A DNA stretch of 47,119 bases from Macrostomum lignano (taxonomy: Eukaryota), in assembly GCA_002269645.1 (NCBI GenBank), contig NIVC01004398.1, positions 1 to 47,119 on the forward strand. Direction: 5' to 3'. Positions 35,015-47,119 of this stretch are shown here, in pieces. Numbering within the stretch: position 1 is the first letter of the stretch; each line of letters begins with the position of its first letter. The notes beneath the pieces were generated by a model. That model had not been told where the DNA came from. It saw only the letters and a program-made list of their open reading frames with translations, and did not search any database. A program made the position numbers and the translations under genes.

Positions 35015-37894
35015 TTATTTGATTGAGAGAAAGAGAAAAAAACAAAAATGCCTGTTCTGGATGTTTTCTTTATAGGATATTTTTTTCGGTGTGTTACCTA
35101 GAAAATTTCAAGACAAGATTAACAAGTATTTCCATACTGTTTCTTAAAACTTTAAAATCTTAATTTTGCGTTTAACACAAGCATCATCTAGCCTGTAAGA
35201 TACTCGACTATACAAGTGTATCCGATTGTGTACATAAAAAGTTTAAAGATTTTAAATTTTAAAAATAATCGGCGAGATGTACGTTATAATTATACAAAGA
35301 TGAAAGAAATAATTTGCAATCCGAGTGTTGGATGACATTTTAAACAAATATTTTAACAAAAAACTGTTATTACTGTGGCGAAAAGTAAATTTATCTGTTA
35401 CCAATCTTACACTATTATTTTGCGATTTAATCGTGTTCGCCTTTTTCTCTTAATTAAATCTTAAAATTTTAACGGACTAAATTCTACCAAAAAATGTGTT
35501 ATATATGCTTTGGAATATCGTTTTTAGTATGCGCCTTTTCAAAGTCATTTTTGATTAGAAAAGTATTTGTCTCGTACATATATATGTGGGTTGTCATACG
35601 AGTAAACATAGATTTACAATTACATGTAACCTGAATACGAGTATGGATTAATTCATCAGCATTTTTGTCGCCAGCTCCGGTTATGAGCAGTTTTCGTACA
35701 TTGATCATAGCTACCATTGTGTGTGTGTGAAATAAACCGACAGGATCTGCAAATTTATTTCTCTGCAACTTAAATCTGTACATTTGTTTATATTTTTTCA
35801 TTCTTGTTATAAATATCGTTTTGCGAACTCCAATAGAGTTATCTACTTCACTTCGTCTTAGTTTTTGATTGCTTGAAAAAAACTAATAATTTTGATATGA
35901 ATTGTAAAGCTCTGAAGCCCGCTTGTGCCCAAAAGTCAACGTACTGATTTAACTTACACGTACAGTAAGTGAGATAACATTTGTTCAACATGTACGTAGT
36001 TATGATCGGTAGCTATGATCGTACCGGTGCAAGTACTACTCATATAAGTAATGTGCTTGTAAAAAATACAATACTCTGACCTGCCATCAAGTACGATAAT
36101 CCTTTGTTCTGTTTATTCCGAGCACGAAGGATTGGTTACTTAAACATGTACATTTGCATCGTAGGTACAAAAACGTACATTAATTCATGCAAAACAATCT
36201 TCATTGTAATCTATACATTATGGTTGTGGACGCCTTTAGATTTATGATATGATGATAATGATGATATATGTAGATACGGACAGTACATGACACTAATCTG
36301 TATAAACTAATTGTTGGTTCAATTCCACAATTACATGTGTAAACGATTAAACAATTTTAACGAAAAAAGTTTTTATGTGTATTTGTAATAAAATAGCTCA
36401 CTTATTTTTAACAATTTTATTATATTTTTAATAAGGTATAGCATGTACGCTTGTCCATATCCCTAGCTATACAAATTTGTTAAGAATAATTTGCGACGAA
36501 AGTTTGTTTCGAAGAAAGCGTATTATCCGCTGGGCGGCTGGGCCTCGATGATGGAAGGAAAAAGAGATTAATGTCTTAGTTAGGCCTAGTGTTTTGTGTT
36601 AGTGTTAATGTTGTGTTAGTCAACCTGTTTTCTTGCTATCAACTCCACAGTGTTCTTCTGTTTTAGTTAAAAAAAATATTAAGATTTGAGTTTCTTATCA
36701 CTCTAAACCATCATTCATCAATATTTGTTACTCAGTGTCCAGGATGGAATTCTTGCACTAAAGTTGTTACGCATTTGTGCGCGATTGTTAAATTCGTGCC
36801 CACTGAAAAGGAGCCTACTTGCGCACTCTTAAAGAAGGTGCATGCACGCTCCATTGTATGCGCTTGCAAAAAAGCTGTTTGCCACAGAATCATAGACAGG
36901 ATTTGACTTTTACATGCATTCAACATGGCTATGTGCCATGTAGTGTATGCAGGCTCAAGTTCTCCTACTTTTCATAGTCTGGAAGGTTGTGTTTACTCTG
37001 GAAAATTTTGAACAAAAACAAAGAATAATAGGTTTTAGCAAAAACAGTTACTATTAAAGTTAAGTTAAGAATATTTTCTCTAAAAAATTATAGTGTTCAA
37101 GCTACTTTACACTTAAAGTACAACTTTCTAATTTACATCGGCGTAAGAATTGAACAACTAAAAATTTCATTTTTCAGTGCATGGGTCATGATCTGAATGA
37201 TGACTTTTTTATAGCTGGTATGCGCAGTTGTGCGCTGCTCCAAAAATGTGCGCACGTTTTCCTACCCCCGAGCAAGAATTCCATCTTGGCTCAGTGTAGG
37301 AAATTTAACTTTTTTAAAGCTTACCAAGTGTTCCTCCAGTGAGGTGTCTGAAGACACCGTTGATTTCTTTGGCCAAGATGTTGTTGGAAGCGCTGGAATT
37401 AGCGGCATAATCTGATTAGAATTGGCTTTCTTCAAGTGCTGCTGCTGCATTTTCTGCAGCATTGTTGCTGCCACCTGCTTGGCCTGTCAGATGACTTCAT
37501 CCTCCCCCCAATGCAGCAATTCCTAAATTCCTCCTCTTCAGACCATAATATTGGTTTGTACCATGCCTCGGGTTATATGTCCTGATTGTCCTTGTAAATG
37601 CAGGTGCAGCCCGTTTCAGCAAAGGAATTTTCTGCGAAAGACATTTCGGCGAAAATGAATTTTTTGTCTACATAGATGTTGGTGAAAGAAATTAACCACT
37701 TTGGCGAAAAAATACTTATACATGTACAAGTATTTTTCAAATTATTCATTGATTGCCTTAGATAAATATTCGCAGTTTGCGCATTTAAAAACTCACAATT
37801 TAGCCCAGTCATCTGGAAAAAGCAGCAAATTGGGAATGCCAAGCCAACTGGCCTGATGAGCCACAAAGCATTGCTTTTGATTTGCGCCTAGATG

Positions 37895-38900
37895 CTATAC
37901 CTGCGGATTTCCTTTGCGCTGATTTGCGAGACAATAGTTGCAGACATTTAGTTTTTGCTACCAACACTTAGTTGGCTCTTTTGTAAAATACTGAATAGTG
38001 GTATATGGATAAGACATTCAACATTGTTCACTATCTATTTATCTAACTCTATAGCATTCATGGCTTCATTTTTGGGCCAGACGGGGCACTGAAGCAAGAG
38101 CCCTTAGTTTTCATATCATACATGCGCAACCTCCAAATTTCGGTCGGCCGTGCGACTTAGTTTTAACAAAAATGCGACGTAGTTTTTGGCCAAAAAATGC
38201 AACTTACATGTAAAATAACCCAACAGCAAAATTAACCCAACTTTGGGTAAACGGCAGGAGTAACTATGACAGTCTTATAAAGCCAAAATGCCTCGTCAGC
38301 TACTTAGTGCTACTACTCTGTGTTTTTCGGGTCGGCATTTTTGCGACTTCCTTGGTTGGCCGCCAAATCGGTCGGCCGGATCGGCCGACTCGGCCGACTG
38401 TTGCGCATGTATGTTTCATATTGATGTCTGGGCACTCTTGCCAGGACTACGAAACAGTTCTCCAAGCTGTTTGAAGACTGGTATCACAATCCAGGTAATT
38501 ACTAATGTACAAATACTGCATTGTATCTACTATTTTAAACATGTACAGTATGATCCATCCAATCTGTAATACTATACTGTACATGTATGTGGTATTATTT
38601 TCTAGATGCAGGCTGCTTGGATTTGTACTAGACTTTAAGGCGGCTATGTGGAGGGCACTTAATCCATGTGGCCTCATGTGCAACGGCGTGGGTGCAACTT
38701 CCACTTTACCCAAGCCATATGGCAACTTGTGCAAGCCCTTGGTCTCCAGAAGGCTTACATTGAAAATCTGCAAATTCAGGCATCAGGCCTTCTGCAGAAA
38801 GCTCATGGCCCTAGCATTTCTTCCAGCTGTTGAAATGCGGTGGCAGTTTAAGCAACTTTGCCAGATCAATTTTAGACAAAATTGTCACTGCAAAAGTCTT
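37895..38900 (+). pseudogene. Decayed MULE (Mutator-like) transposase, interrupted by a MITE
   Basis: IPADFLCADL...RHLVFAT, WYMDKTF (Asp 38008, DGTF-like), LYSIHGF, PLVFILMSG (across the MITE), DFKAAMWRAL (38631), GCNFHFTQAIW (38690, CxxH motif), RKLMALAFLP; multiple stops and frameshifts. Confidence 0.85.
38117..38413. mobile_element. 297-bp MITE, 14-bp perfect TIR CATACATGCGCAAC, 8-bp TSD tttcatat, 28S rRNA-like core
   Basis: TIRs 38117-38130 and 38400-38413; TSD 38109-38116 and 38414-38421; removing it restores the MULE reading frame. Confidence 0.9.
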
Positions 38901-41900
38901 TTTTGCCATTATTGACTTTCGCTAAAAATTCCTTTGCTGAAGTGGGTTGAATCTGTAAATGCACAGGTTTTGACTTTCTCTCGAAAGAAAAAAACAATAG
39001 ATATACTTGTACCCAGCGATCTCACTGTCGCTGCATTCTTCAATAACCAAGGAATGAGGTGATCCTTCTTCCTGGGAAATCCATGCAGGAACAATGCATA
39101 TGGCTTATTGCCTATAAAGTATATATTGGCATTTTTTGTTGACCAATGCTATACTTTGGGGCCAAGGCAGTGCCTCTTTAGCTAGGCAATAGAATGTTGA
39201 AAGCAGGCACAAAGTGGCTTAATGTCCTGCCAGACAGAGTTTATCTCGACCTATTAGACAAATAACTTGTTCAAGTCTAGATAGGCCATTGTGATAGGCT
39301 TAGATGTTACAATTTGGACTTTAGTTAGTTCTTAGATTTTTTCTTTACTTTTCTTGGCTTGTACTTCTTAGGTCTTCCTTGCTTTCCTTGGTCATCCTTG
39401 TTCTCTTTGGCCTCTATGGCTGCTATCTCTTTCTATTGAACTGGGTTTATAATCCTTGTCTCTATCCAAGGCGAGGTCCTTGTTTTTGTTGTGGCTCTTA
39501 TCTAAATCATAGTCTAGCATCTAGCATGCAAGGTGATGGTCTTACCATTATTGTGAACCTTTATGTAGTAGGTTTAACTGGTTTAATGGCTAAATCAAAT
39601 CAATGCCTTAAAAGATTATCTAGGCCTGATATGCTAATATTGTGCTATCAACTTTTTAAGCAATAGTTTATAATATTACTTGTGAGATTTAGGCCTAGAT
39701 ATTGCTCATCATGACTCCATCCAAAATTTCCCTATGGCTATAACTTTAATGTAGGGCCTAGTATAACATAAATTTAATTTCCTCTTTTGAGGTTACATTG
39801 TATCTAAACTGAAATAGAACTTTATTAGTTTACCTTGGTTTTATAAATAGACAAAACAACTGGCAAACTTTCGGTTTCCCATCTTAAATTACTTTAATGT
39901 ATGTTTTGCATTCTAGCATTACTAATAGAGTCTATTTTGCATTGTAATTTATATAAAAAACATATATATCATAATGTATAATATGTTTAAGTATATAAAA
40001 ACTAAGTAAAAACTACGTGTAAAATTATGTTTGCATCTAAAATCCATAAAATATAAAATATAAAATCTGTCACCAGATTGTCTATCACCACTTTGACCGT
40101 CGCCACTGCTAGATTACCTGTTGCTAGATTGTTTTGTTGCTAGATTGACTAGAAGCTATTAAAGTGCATGTCCATATGTTTTTAACATTTATTGCAATAG
40201 GGATAGTGATTAACCTTAGAAATCTAAAAAACTTCAAATGACTATTTATCCATAAGTAGTTATATATAATTATACTTACAATTCAACTTTAAAATAAGCA
40301 TTAGTAATAGATAGGAATATTTTGGATTTGGAAATTTTATTTTCCAAAAATTTCCAAATGTGCTTCCCAATATAAAAAATAAAAAACTTTAACAAAGTCA
40401 AATGCAAAAGAAATACATGTAAAACTTAAAAAATAAAAAAGTATATTAAAAAACAAAAATGCAATATTTTATATCATATTGTTCATTTTTTCAATAGGTC
40501 TAGGCTTAACATTATTTAAAAGACAGTTAAATCAAGTAAAGTTACTAAACTTTGGGACCTTTAGTTTAAGGCATTGAACCTAAAGTTGCAGAAACATTTT
40601 TGACAATCATTGTTTAAGTACATGTATAATCATTAGTTGGTTTTTTTCAAAATGTAAATGCATAGACTTATAATAAAGTTCTCAAATTGAACAAATTGAA
40701 TATTAGTTAGTATAAGGCCTACTTTTAATAGTTAGAATTATCTAGATTAGCTAAGTTCAATTCAAACTTATTTACTCCTTACTAAGTTTTAATTTTTGCA
40801 ATTTCACTTGAAAAATTGAAACTTATTGAAACTGTCAGTATATTATTAGTCTTTCCAAAATGGGCCTTTGCCAAAATGGACTATACCAACCTTTTATTCA
40901 GCTGATTTTTTAGCAAGTTAGCTTGGTCTAGTTAGAAACTATAGCTAGCTAAATTATAGGTAGGCCTATGACAAACAGTTTGCTTAAGGTCATAAAGTCC
41001 AAAAATTAAAGTTGATCAATTTGATAAAAATCACTAGGTCTAATATTAGCACAATGCTGACATGAGAAAAAATGTACAATGTAAACCTTGGTAAAAGAAA
41101 AGTCTTTTTTCCTTACCTTAAAAAAGAGAGTTACTAATAGAGAGCATTTTACTATAACATTTGGTTCTGTTAAACCAAGGAATAAGAAAGGTGTTCAATT
41201 TTTTCCTAAGTTACTTTGGCTCTTTTGGCCTAAATGACATATCTAATTGATAAATTAGATAAGCTATATAATAATTGTCAGATAAATCAAGATTATCAAT
41301 TAGAACTACTAAACCAAATAGACAATATTTGGAAAGTAGCTAATTATTAATTTTTTAAAATGGCTGCTAACACTTTTCAATCAGAAATGTCCTATTTTTA
41401 TTTAAATAAATAATATTTTATGTATCAAGTTTAAAGAACTTACAAAAACTATTAGATAATTACAATTTTAATGTAAAATCATTTGAGTAAATAAAATTAT
41501 TTGAGTATAAACTTTTTAAAGTGTTTGACTTTTTATACTAACACTAAATGCTTGCATAACTATTAAGTTGCACATATTTTGCAAGTTAAAACAGATTTCT
41601 AATACCTCTTGAAACATTTTAAAATGCATATTTGCCTAAATTTATTGTTCTATTTTGTTATAAAATAACATATAATTTAGCTAGAACACTTTAGTCAAAT
41701 GAATAACAAAACAAATGTACCTCCCTTCTTAGAAGATCCTGCAATAACAAAGCAGATAAAAAAGATCTGCTTAAGAATGGCATAATAGACAAGATCTGCT
41801 ATGTCTGAGAAACAAAATATCATCTAGGACAATAATTGGGGCATAGAGAATAGGGAGTTTTAGGGTGGGTAGAAATGTAGAATTTTCATGGGGATCGATT

Positions 41901-41945
41901 TTCCATACCTAAACTTAAATAGAGGCATAGAGGTCTATTGAAGAT

Positions 41946-42240
41946 CCCTATTGCAGCGCATGGCTTAAGTACGCCAGACGCCTACACAACCTGCACCACG
42001 CTGTGAAATGACTTACCTGTGAAAGAAACCCTAAAGCAAAATTAATGCAGTTTTGGGTAAACAGCAGGAGTAACTATGACTGTCTTATCAAGCCTAAATG
42101 CCTTAGGTACACTTCACTACGCCCATATTCTATGGGGTGGCATTTTTGCGACTTACCCCTGGTCCACCACCAATGCTGCGCTGCATAGGCTGATCCGCGC
42201 TGGACGCCGTCCGCCAAAATGCCCATGCGCTGCAATCAGG
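41946..42240. mobile_element. 295-bp MITE, 18-bp TIR (16/18 match), 8-bp TSD ttgaagat, 28S rRNA-like core
   Basis: Left ccctattgcagcgcatgg versus right reverse complement cctgattgcagcgcatgg; ttgaagat at 41938-41945 and 42241-42248; interior aligns with the 38117 element. Confidence 0.85.
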
Positions 42241-43304
42241 TTGAAGATTAGGTAGATACATTCCAAGACTGAGGGGAGAGGGTCAAAACCATCGATAACT
42301 AAGGCAGGAGAGGGGGGGGGTTGGTTGGACTATTTTCATTGGACTATAATCAATGAAACCCTACTAAATTAAAGTTTAGATATATTAAAAATTCTTAGCC
42401 TTTGAGACCTACCTAAAAATAGGTTTAAAAAGCAGTCATTTGGGTATAAAGATTAGAGGTTTAGTGTAAAGAAGAAGTTTTTGATAATTTGTGAGGATTT
42501 AGTTTTACATAAATAATCTATAGTAGTAGTAGTATGAAAGCTTATATTGAATTTATTAAATAATAGTTCCTAGCTTGCAATTTTTATACTATTGACAATG
42601 GCAAATAATAAATAAAATAATAGATATGCCAGATTTTTTTGTTTATTATACCCTTGGCAATATAGGTGATTGTATTTTTCATGTTCAAACAGAATTCAGT
42701 ACTTCAATTGCTATATAAAATCTCATATTACCTATGTTAATTATCTCTAGTGTTTAAGCCACAGGCATCATTTCTATATTTCTTTGAAAAGCTGTCTTTT
42801 TCTGTCCATAATTTTTTTTAATAATGATGAAAAATACCATGAGTACACATGCTACTAAAAATAAAAATTAAGTTGCTCTGATTTATCTTGAGTTAAGAAA
42901 ATTAAAAACTTTCTCAAAGCAAACTTAAATCTGGCTATTATACATTTGGCTACATGTGGAGACACTGGCAGTCTACTATAGGTTATAACTTCTAGAAGCT
43001 ACTTTAGGATGCCATCTAGACAAAGCTAGAAATTTTAAGTAACTCTCCAAGTCTGCCACTTTTGTTTAGTTTTTTTTATTATTATAAATATAATTTGGGC
43101 TATGGCTATGGATGCAAATTTTTGGAATAAGAAAAAAAGAGCTTTTCCAACTAGCCATCATCTTTAACAAGTTTCAAGTGTATTATTGCTGACTAATGTT
43201 GAATAAACAAGAAAGTTGTAACTACAAAATAAGCACTAATAAGAGACTTGCAACATTTCTTTTTTAGTAAGCCATTCGTAGTAGTTACAAAATAATACAA
43301 GCGA

Positions 43305-46300
43305 ATGTCTAAGCGTGAACACGATGACCCGGGCAGTGACCAACCGCCAAAGAAGCGGGCACTCACTCACGTGTCATTTGAGCCTGTTAAATTCTCTGGG
43401 GTCCATTCACTGGTGAGTTGTTTATTTTGTGCGACCCTTTCTGGCTTTCTGGTGTAGTGGCATTTAACAATGTACTGAGATACATAATCTCACTCATCTA
43501 CAGATCATGACCTCGCTCATCTACAGATCATGACCTCACTCATCTACTGATAATGATCTCATTCATTTACGAGCACAGATCATGACCTCATTCATCTACA
43601 GATCATGACCTCATTCATCTACAGATCATGACCTCATTCATCTACAGATCATGACCTCACTCATCTACAGATCATGGCGTCGCTCATCTACAGATCATGA
43701 CCTCGCTCATCTACAGATCATGACCTCACTCATCTACTGATAATGATCTCATTCATTTACGAGCACAGATCATGACCTCATTCATCTACAGATCATGACC
43801 TCATTCATCTACAGATCATGACCTCATTCATCTACAGATCATGACCTCACTCATCTACAGATCATGACCTCGCTCACCTACAGATCATGACCTCGCTCAC
43901 CTACTGATCATAACCTCACTCATCTACAGATCATGACCTCGCTCACCTACTGATCATGACCTCGCTCACCTACTGATCATGACCTCACTCATCTACAGAT
44001 CATGACCTCGCTCACCTACTGATCATGACCTCGCTCACCTACAGATCATGACCTCGCTCATCTACAGATCATGACCTCACTCATCTACAGATCATGACCT
44101 CGCTCATCTACAGATCATGACCTCGCTCATCTACAGATCATGACCTCGCTCATCTACAGATCATGACCTCGCTCATCTACAGATCATGACCTCGCTCATC
44201 TTGCCCCGCAGGAGGACCTGGACACAAAGGTGCTGCAGATTCAGAACAAGCGCTTAACCGACCGACTCGAAGAGCGCCGAAAAACCGAGGAAAGCCTTCG
44301 AGATCGCATTGAACAGTTGGAACGCCGGCAAACCAAAGATGACGAACTGGTGTGCATCATCAATCGCTACTGGAACCAGCTCGACGAGGATGTCCGCCTG
44401 TTGCTAACCCGTTTCGAAGGCGAGTCGGCCGCTTTAGATGAAGATCGAAAATCTGGCGCAGCCGAGTCCTTTCTCAAACAGCTGGGCACATGGGACAATG
44501 ACGAGTTGAATGGCCGGTTAAGGCAGAGAGTGGAGTTTTCCACTAGGGCTATTGCTAGACTTGTGGGTGCGTTTGACAGGCTGCAGTTGCGCTGTCAGAG
44601 CCTTCGGCATGCTGTCGTGCTGCGCAAGAAGATTGTTGTGGAAGATCTGGCTGGAGCTGGTCAGGAGGATGAGGCGGCCACTGCGGCGGCTGCTGCTGCG
44701 GCGGTTGCGGAGGGCCGAACTAAGGTAGGGGATTTCATTTTGCTAGCTAGTTTTTTTCATAGCCCCTAGAGAGGCTTAGTAGTGTATATCCCTAACATTA
44801 AGATTTTAACGTCCTTTCTAATATCCCCAACATGGGGATTTTAATGTGCTTTCTAATATCTCCAACATTGGGAATGTTGTTTCCAATATCCCCAATATTG
44901 GGATTTTAATCCAGTTTCTAATCTCCCCAACATTGGGGTTTCTAATATCCTTAATATTGGGATTTAAATCCATTTTCTAATATCCCTAACATTGGGATTT
45001 TAGTGGGGTTTCTAATATCCCTAATATTGGGATTTTAATCCATTTTCTAATATCCCTAATATTGAGATTTTAATCCATTTTCTAATATCCCCAACATTGG
45101 AATTTTAGTGGGGTTTCTAATATCCCTAACATTGGGATTTTAGTGGGGTTTCTAATATCCCTAACATTGGGATTTTAGTGGTGTTTCTAATATCCCTAAC
45201 ATTGGGATTTTAGTGGGGTTTCTAATATCCCCAACATTGGGATTTTAGTGGTGTTTCTAATATCCCCAACATTGGGATTTTAGTGGGGTTTCTAATATCC
45301 CTAACATTGGGATTTTAGTGGGGTTTCTAATATCCCTAACATTGGGATTTTAGTGGGGTTTCTAATATCCCTAACATTGGGATTTTAGTGGTGTTTCTAA
45401 TATCCCTAACATTGGGATTTTAGTGAGGTTTATAATATCCCCAACATTGGGATTTTAGTGGGGTTTCTAATATCCCTAACATTGGGATTTTAGTGAGGTT
45501 TATAATATCCCCAACATTGGGATTTTAATGGCCTTCATATATCCCATTTGAGAGGATTTTATTGTGCTTAATAATATCCCTAATATTGGGATTTTAATGT
45601 GCTTTCTAATATCCCTAATATGGGGATCTTAGTGGAGTTTCTAATATCATTAATACGGGAGTTCTAATACGTTTCTGATATCCCCAGTATTGGTATTTTA
45701 ATGTGGATTCTACGGGCTCGTAATATTCACAGCATGAAATTTTGCGTCGTTTAGCGACAACTCCAGCTTGCTAAGATCAACTGGCACCCCCCCCTGCTGC
45801 TTGCCCTTGACAGGTCGAGGAGCAGGCACAGAAGATCCAACAAAGACCACCAAGCCAAAGCAGCAGCCTTCAACACTTCCCAGTGTTGCCAAGTCCGAAC
45901 CGACTGCCATCGATGATGAGGCCTCGCTGCCAGCCTCCTCCGCTCCGCTGGACGTTGACGAGACTCTGAGAGCTGAGCTGGAGTCCATCCATGCTGAGAA
46001 TGCTCGGCTGCATCAGGTCAACACCAGCCTGCAGGAGCGACTGCACACGCTCAGCTTGAGGGCTCTGAAGCTGGAGGAGCAGGTCTGTGCTTCACTGGCC
46101 TTCCCAGATCCTCAGTTGCTGGGCCACCAGCCTCCCAGATCCTCAGTTGCTGGGCCACCAGCCTCCCAGATCCTCAGTTGCTGGGCCACCAGCCTCCCAA
46201 ATCCTCAGTTGCTGGGCCACCAGCCTCCAGATCCTCAGTTGCTGGGCCACTAGCCTCCCAGATCCTCAGTTACTGGGCCACCAGCCTCCCAGATCGTCCG

Positions 46301-47119
46301 TTTCTGGCCCAGCCTCCAGATCCTCAGTTGCTGGCCACCAGCCTCCCAAATCCTCAGTTGCTGGCCACCAGCCTCCCAGATCCTCAGTTGCTGGGCCACC
46401 AGCCTCCCAGATCCTCAGTTGCTGGGCCACCAGCCTCCCAAATCCTCAGTTGCTGGGCCACCAGCCTCCCAGATCCTCCGTTTCTGGCCAGCCTCCCAGA
46501 TCCTCCGTTTCTGGCCCAGCCTCCAGATCCTCAGTTGCTGGCAGCCTCCCAGATCCTCAGTTGCTGGCCAGCCTCCCAGATCTTAGTTTCTGGGCCAGCC
46601 TCCCAGATCCTTAGTTGCTAGGCAGCCTCCTGATCCTCAGTTGCTAGGTAGCCTCCCAGATACTCAGTTGCTAGGCAGCCTCCCAGACCCCAGACTAATG
46701 AAGCTACTCTCCTCTCCCAGATCCCCACTTATCCCACAGTCGCCACCGCGAACCCGGCAGGTGCAACTAAACGAAGAGTCCTCAGCCGAGTGCGCAACAA
46801 GCACGACGATTCCCAGTACAACCTGGAGCGCTCGCAGCACAAAGTGCACCGACTGGAGAAGCAGCTGGCGAAGCTGTTGAAGAGATCAAGCGGCTAAGGG
46901 AACTGGGCGCCTCCGCCTCTGTTGGCGACGACCAACAGCCTGACGGAGCCGACTCTCAGCAGCAGCAGCAGCAGCAGCAGCAGAATCGCAGAGCCGGTGG
47001 CAACGGTGGCAACATTGCCAAAAGCAAATACCGCGAGCTGGCCTCCGAGCTTGAGGAGCAACGCGAACTGGCGACAGCCGATTGGCTGAGCTGGAGTCGC
47101 TGCAATCGAAACTCGATCA
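43305..47119 (+). CDS. BRE1: E3 ubiquitin ligase BRE1 (RNF20/RNF40 orthologue), 5' partial; exons 43305-43412, 44212-44724, 45814-46082, 46761->47119
   Basis: MSKR...PPKKR...FEPVK, EDLDTKVLQIQNKRLTDRLEERRKTEESLRDRIEQLERRQTKDDELVCIINRYWNQLDEDVRLLL, ELEEQRELATARLAELESL match recalled RNF20/40 N-terminal motifs. Four apparent -1 frameshifts in exons 3-4. Confidence 0.92.
43490..44200. repeat. 23-bp minisatellite (gatcatgacctcactcatctaca)n, BRE1 intron 1
   Basis: Tandem array. Confidence 0.96.
44790..45700. repeat. 35-bp minisatellite (tctaatatccctaacattgggattttagtggggtt)n, BRE1 intron 2
   Basis: Tandem array. Confidence 0.95.
46100..46730. repeat. ~31-bp minisatellite (cctcccagatcctcagttgctgggccaccag)n, BRE1 intron 3
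   Basis: Tandem array. Confidence 0.95.

Noticed and set aside
35499-37474. Short ORFs in AT-rich DNA after the helicase gene
   Set aside because: No recognisable motifs; probably chance ORFs or unidentifiable TE debris.
38245-38309. Functional 28S rRNA gene or rDNA unit
   Set aside because: Only ~65 nt of diverged similarity, enclosed by TIRs and a TSD; no flanking rRNA sequence.

Overview
Eukaryotic (animal) genomic DNA: GC-rich exons, GT-AG introns each filled with its own minisatellite, and AT-rich intergenic DNA full of transposon debris. The style resembles a flatworm such as Macrostomum (inference, not verified). In order: a truncated Ty3/Gypsy pol fragment (-), a ~2.1 kb TIR element with a nested MITE, a decayed hAT transposase (-), an intronless SPC25-like gene (+), a tRNA-derived CORE-type SINE, a two-exon orphan class A GPCR (+), a 15-exon ~2,000 aa ZNFX1-like helicase gene (+), a decayed MULE transposase, two ~296 bp MITEs, and the first four exons of BRE1 (RNF20/40) (+), which runs off the window. 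Top candidate for a novel system: the ZNFX1-like protein ends in two tandem PARP-like ADP-ribosyltransferase domains (H-Y-E, then H-Y-A) instead of the usual ZNFX1 C-terminus, and may begin with a cold-shock-like OB fold. Second candidate: two MITEs with different TIRs and 8-bp TSDs share a core resembling the 28S rRNA segment targeted by R2 and I-PpoI. Several single-base deletions in conserved exons suggest uncorrected assembly errors. All homology calls come from recalled motifs; no database search was run.
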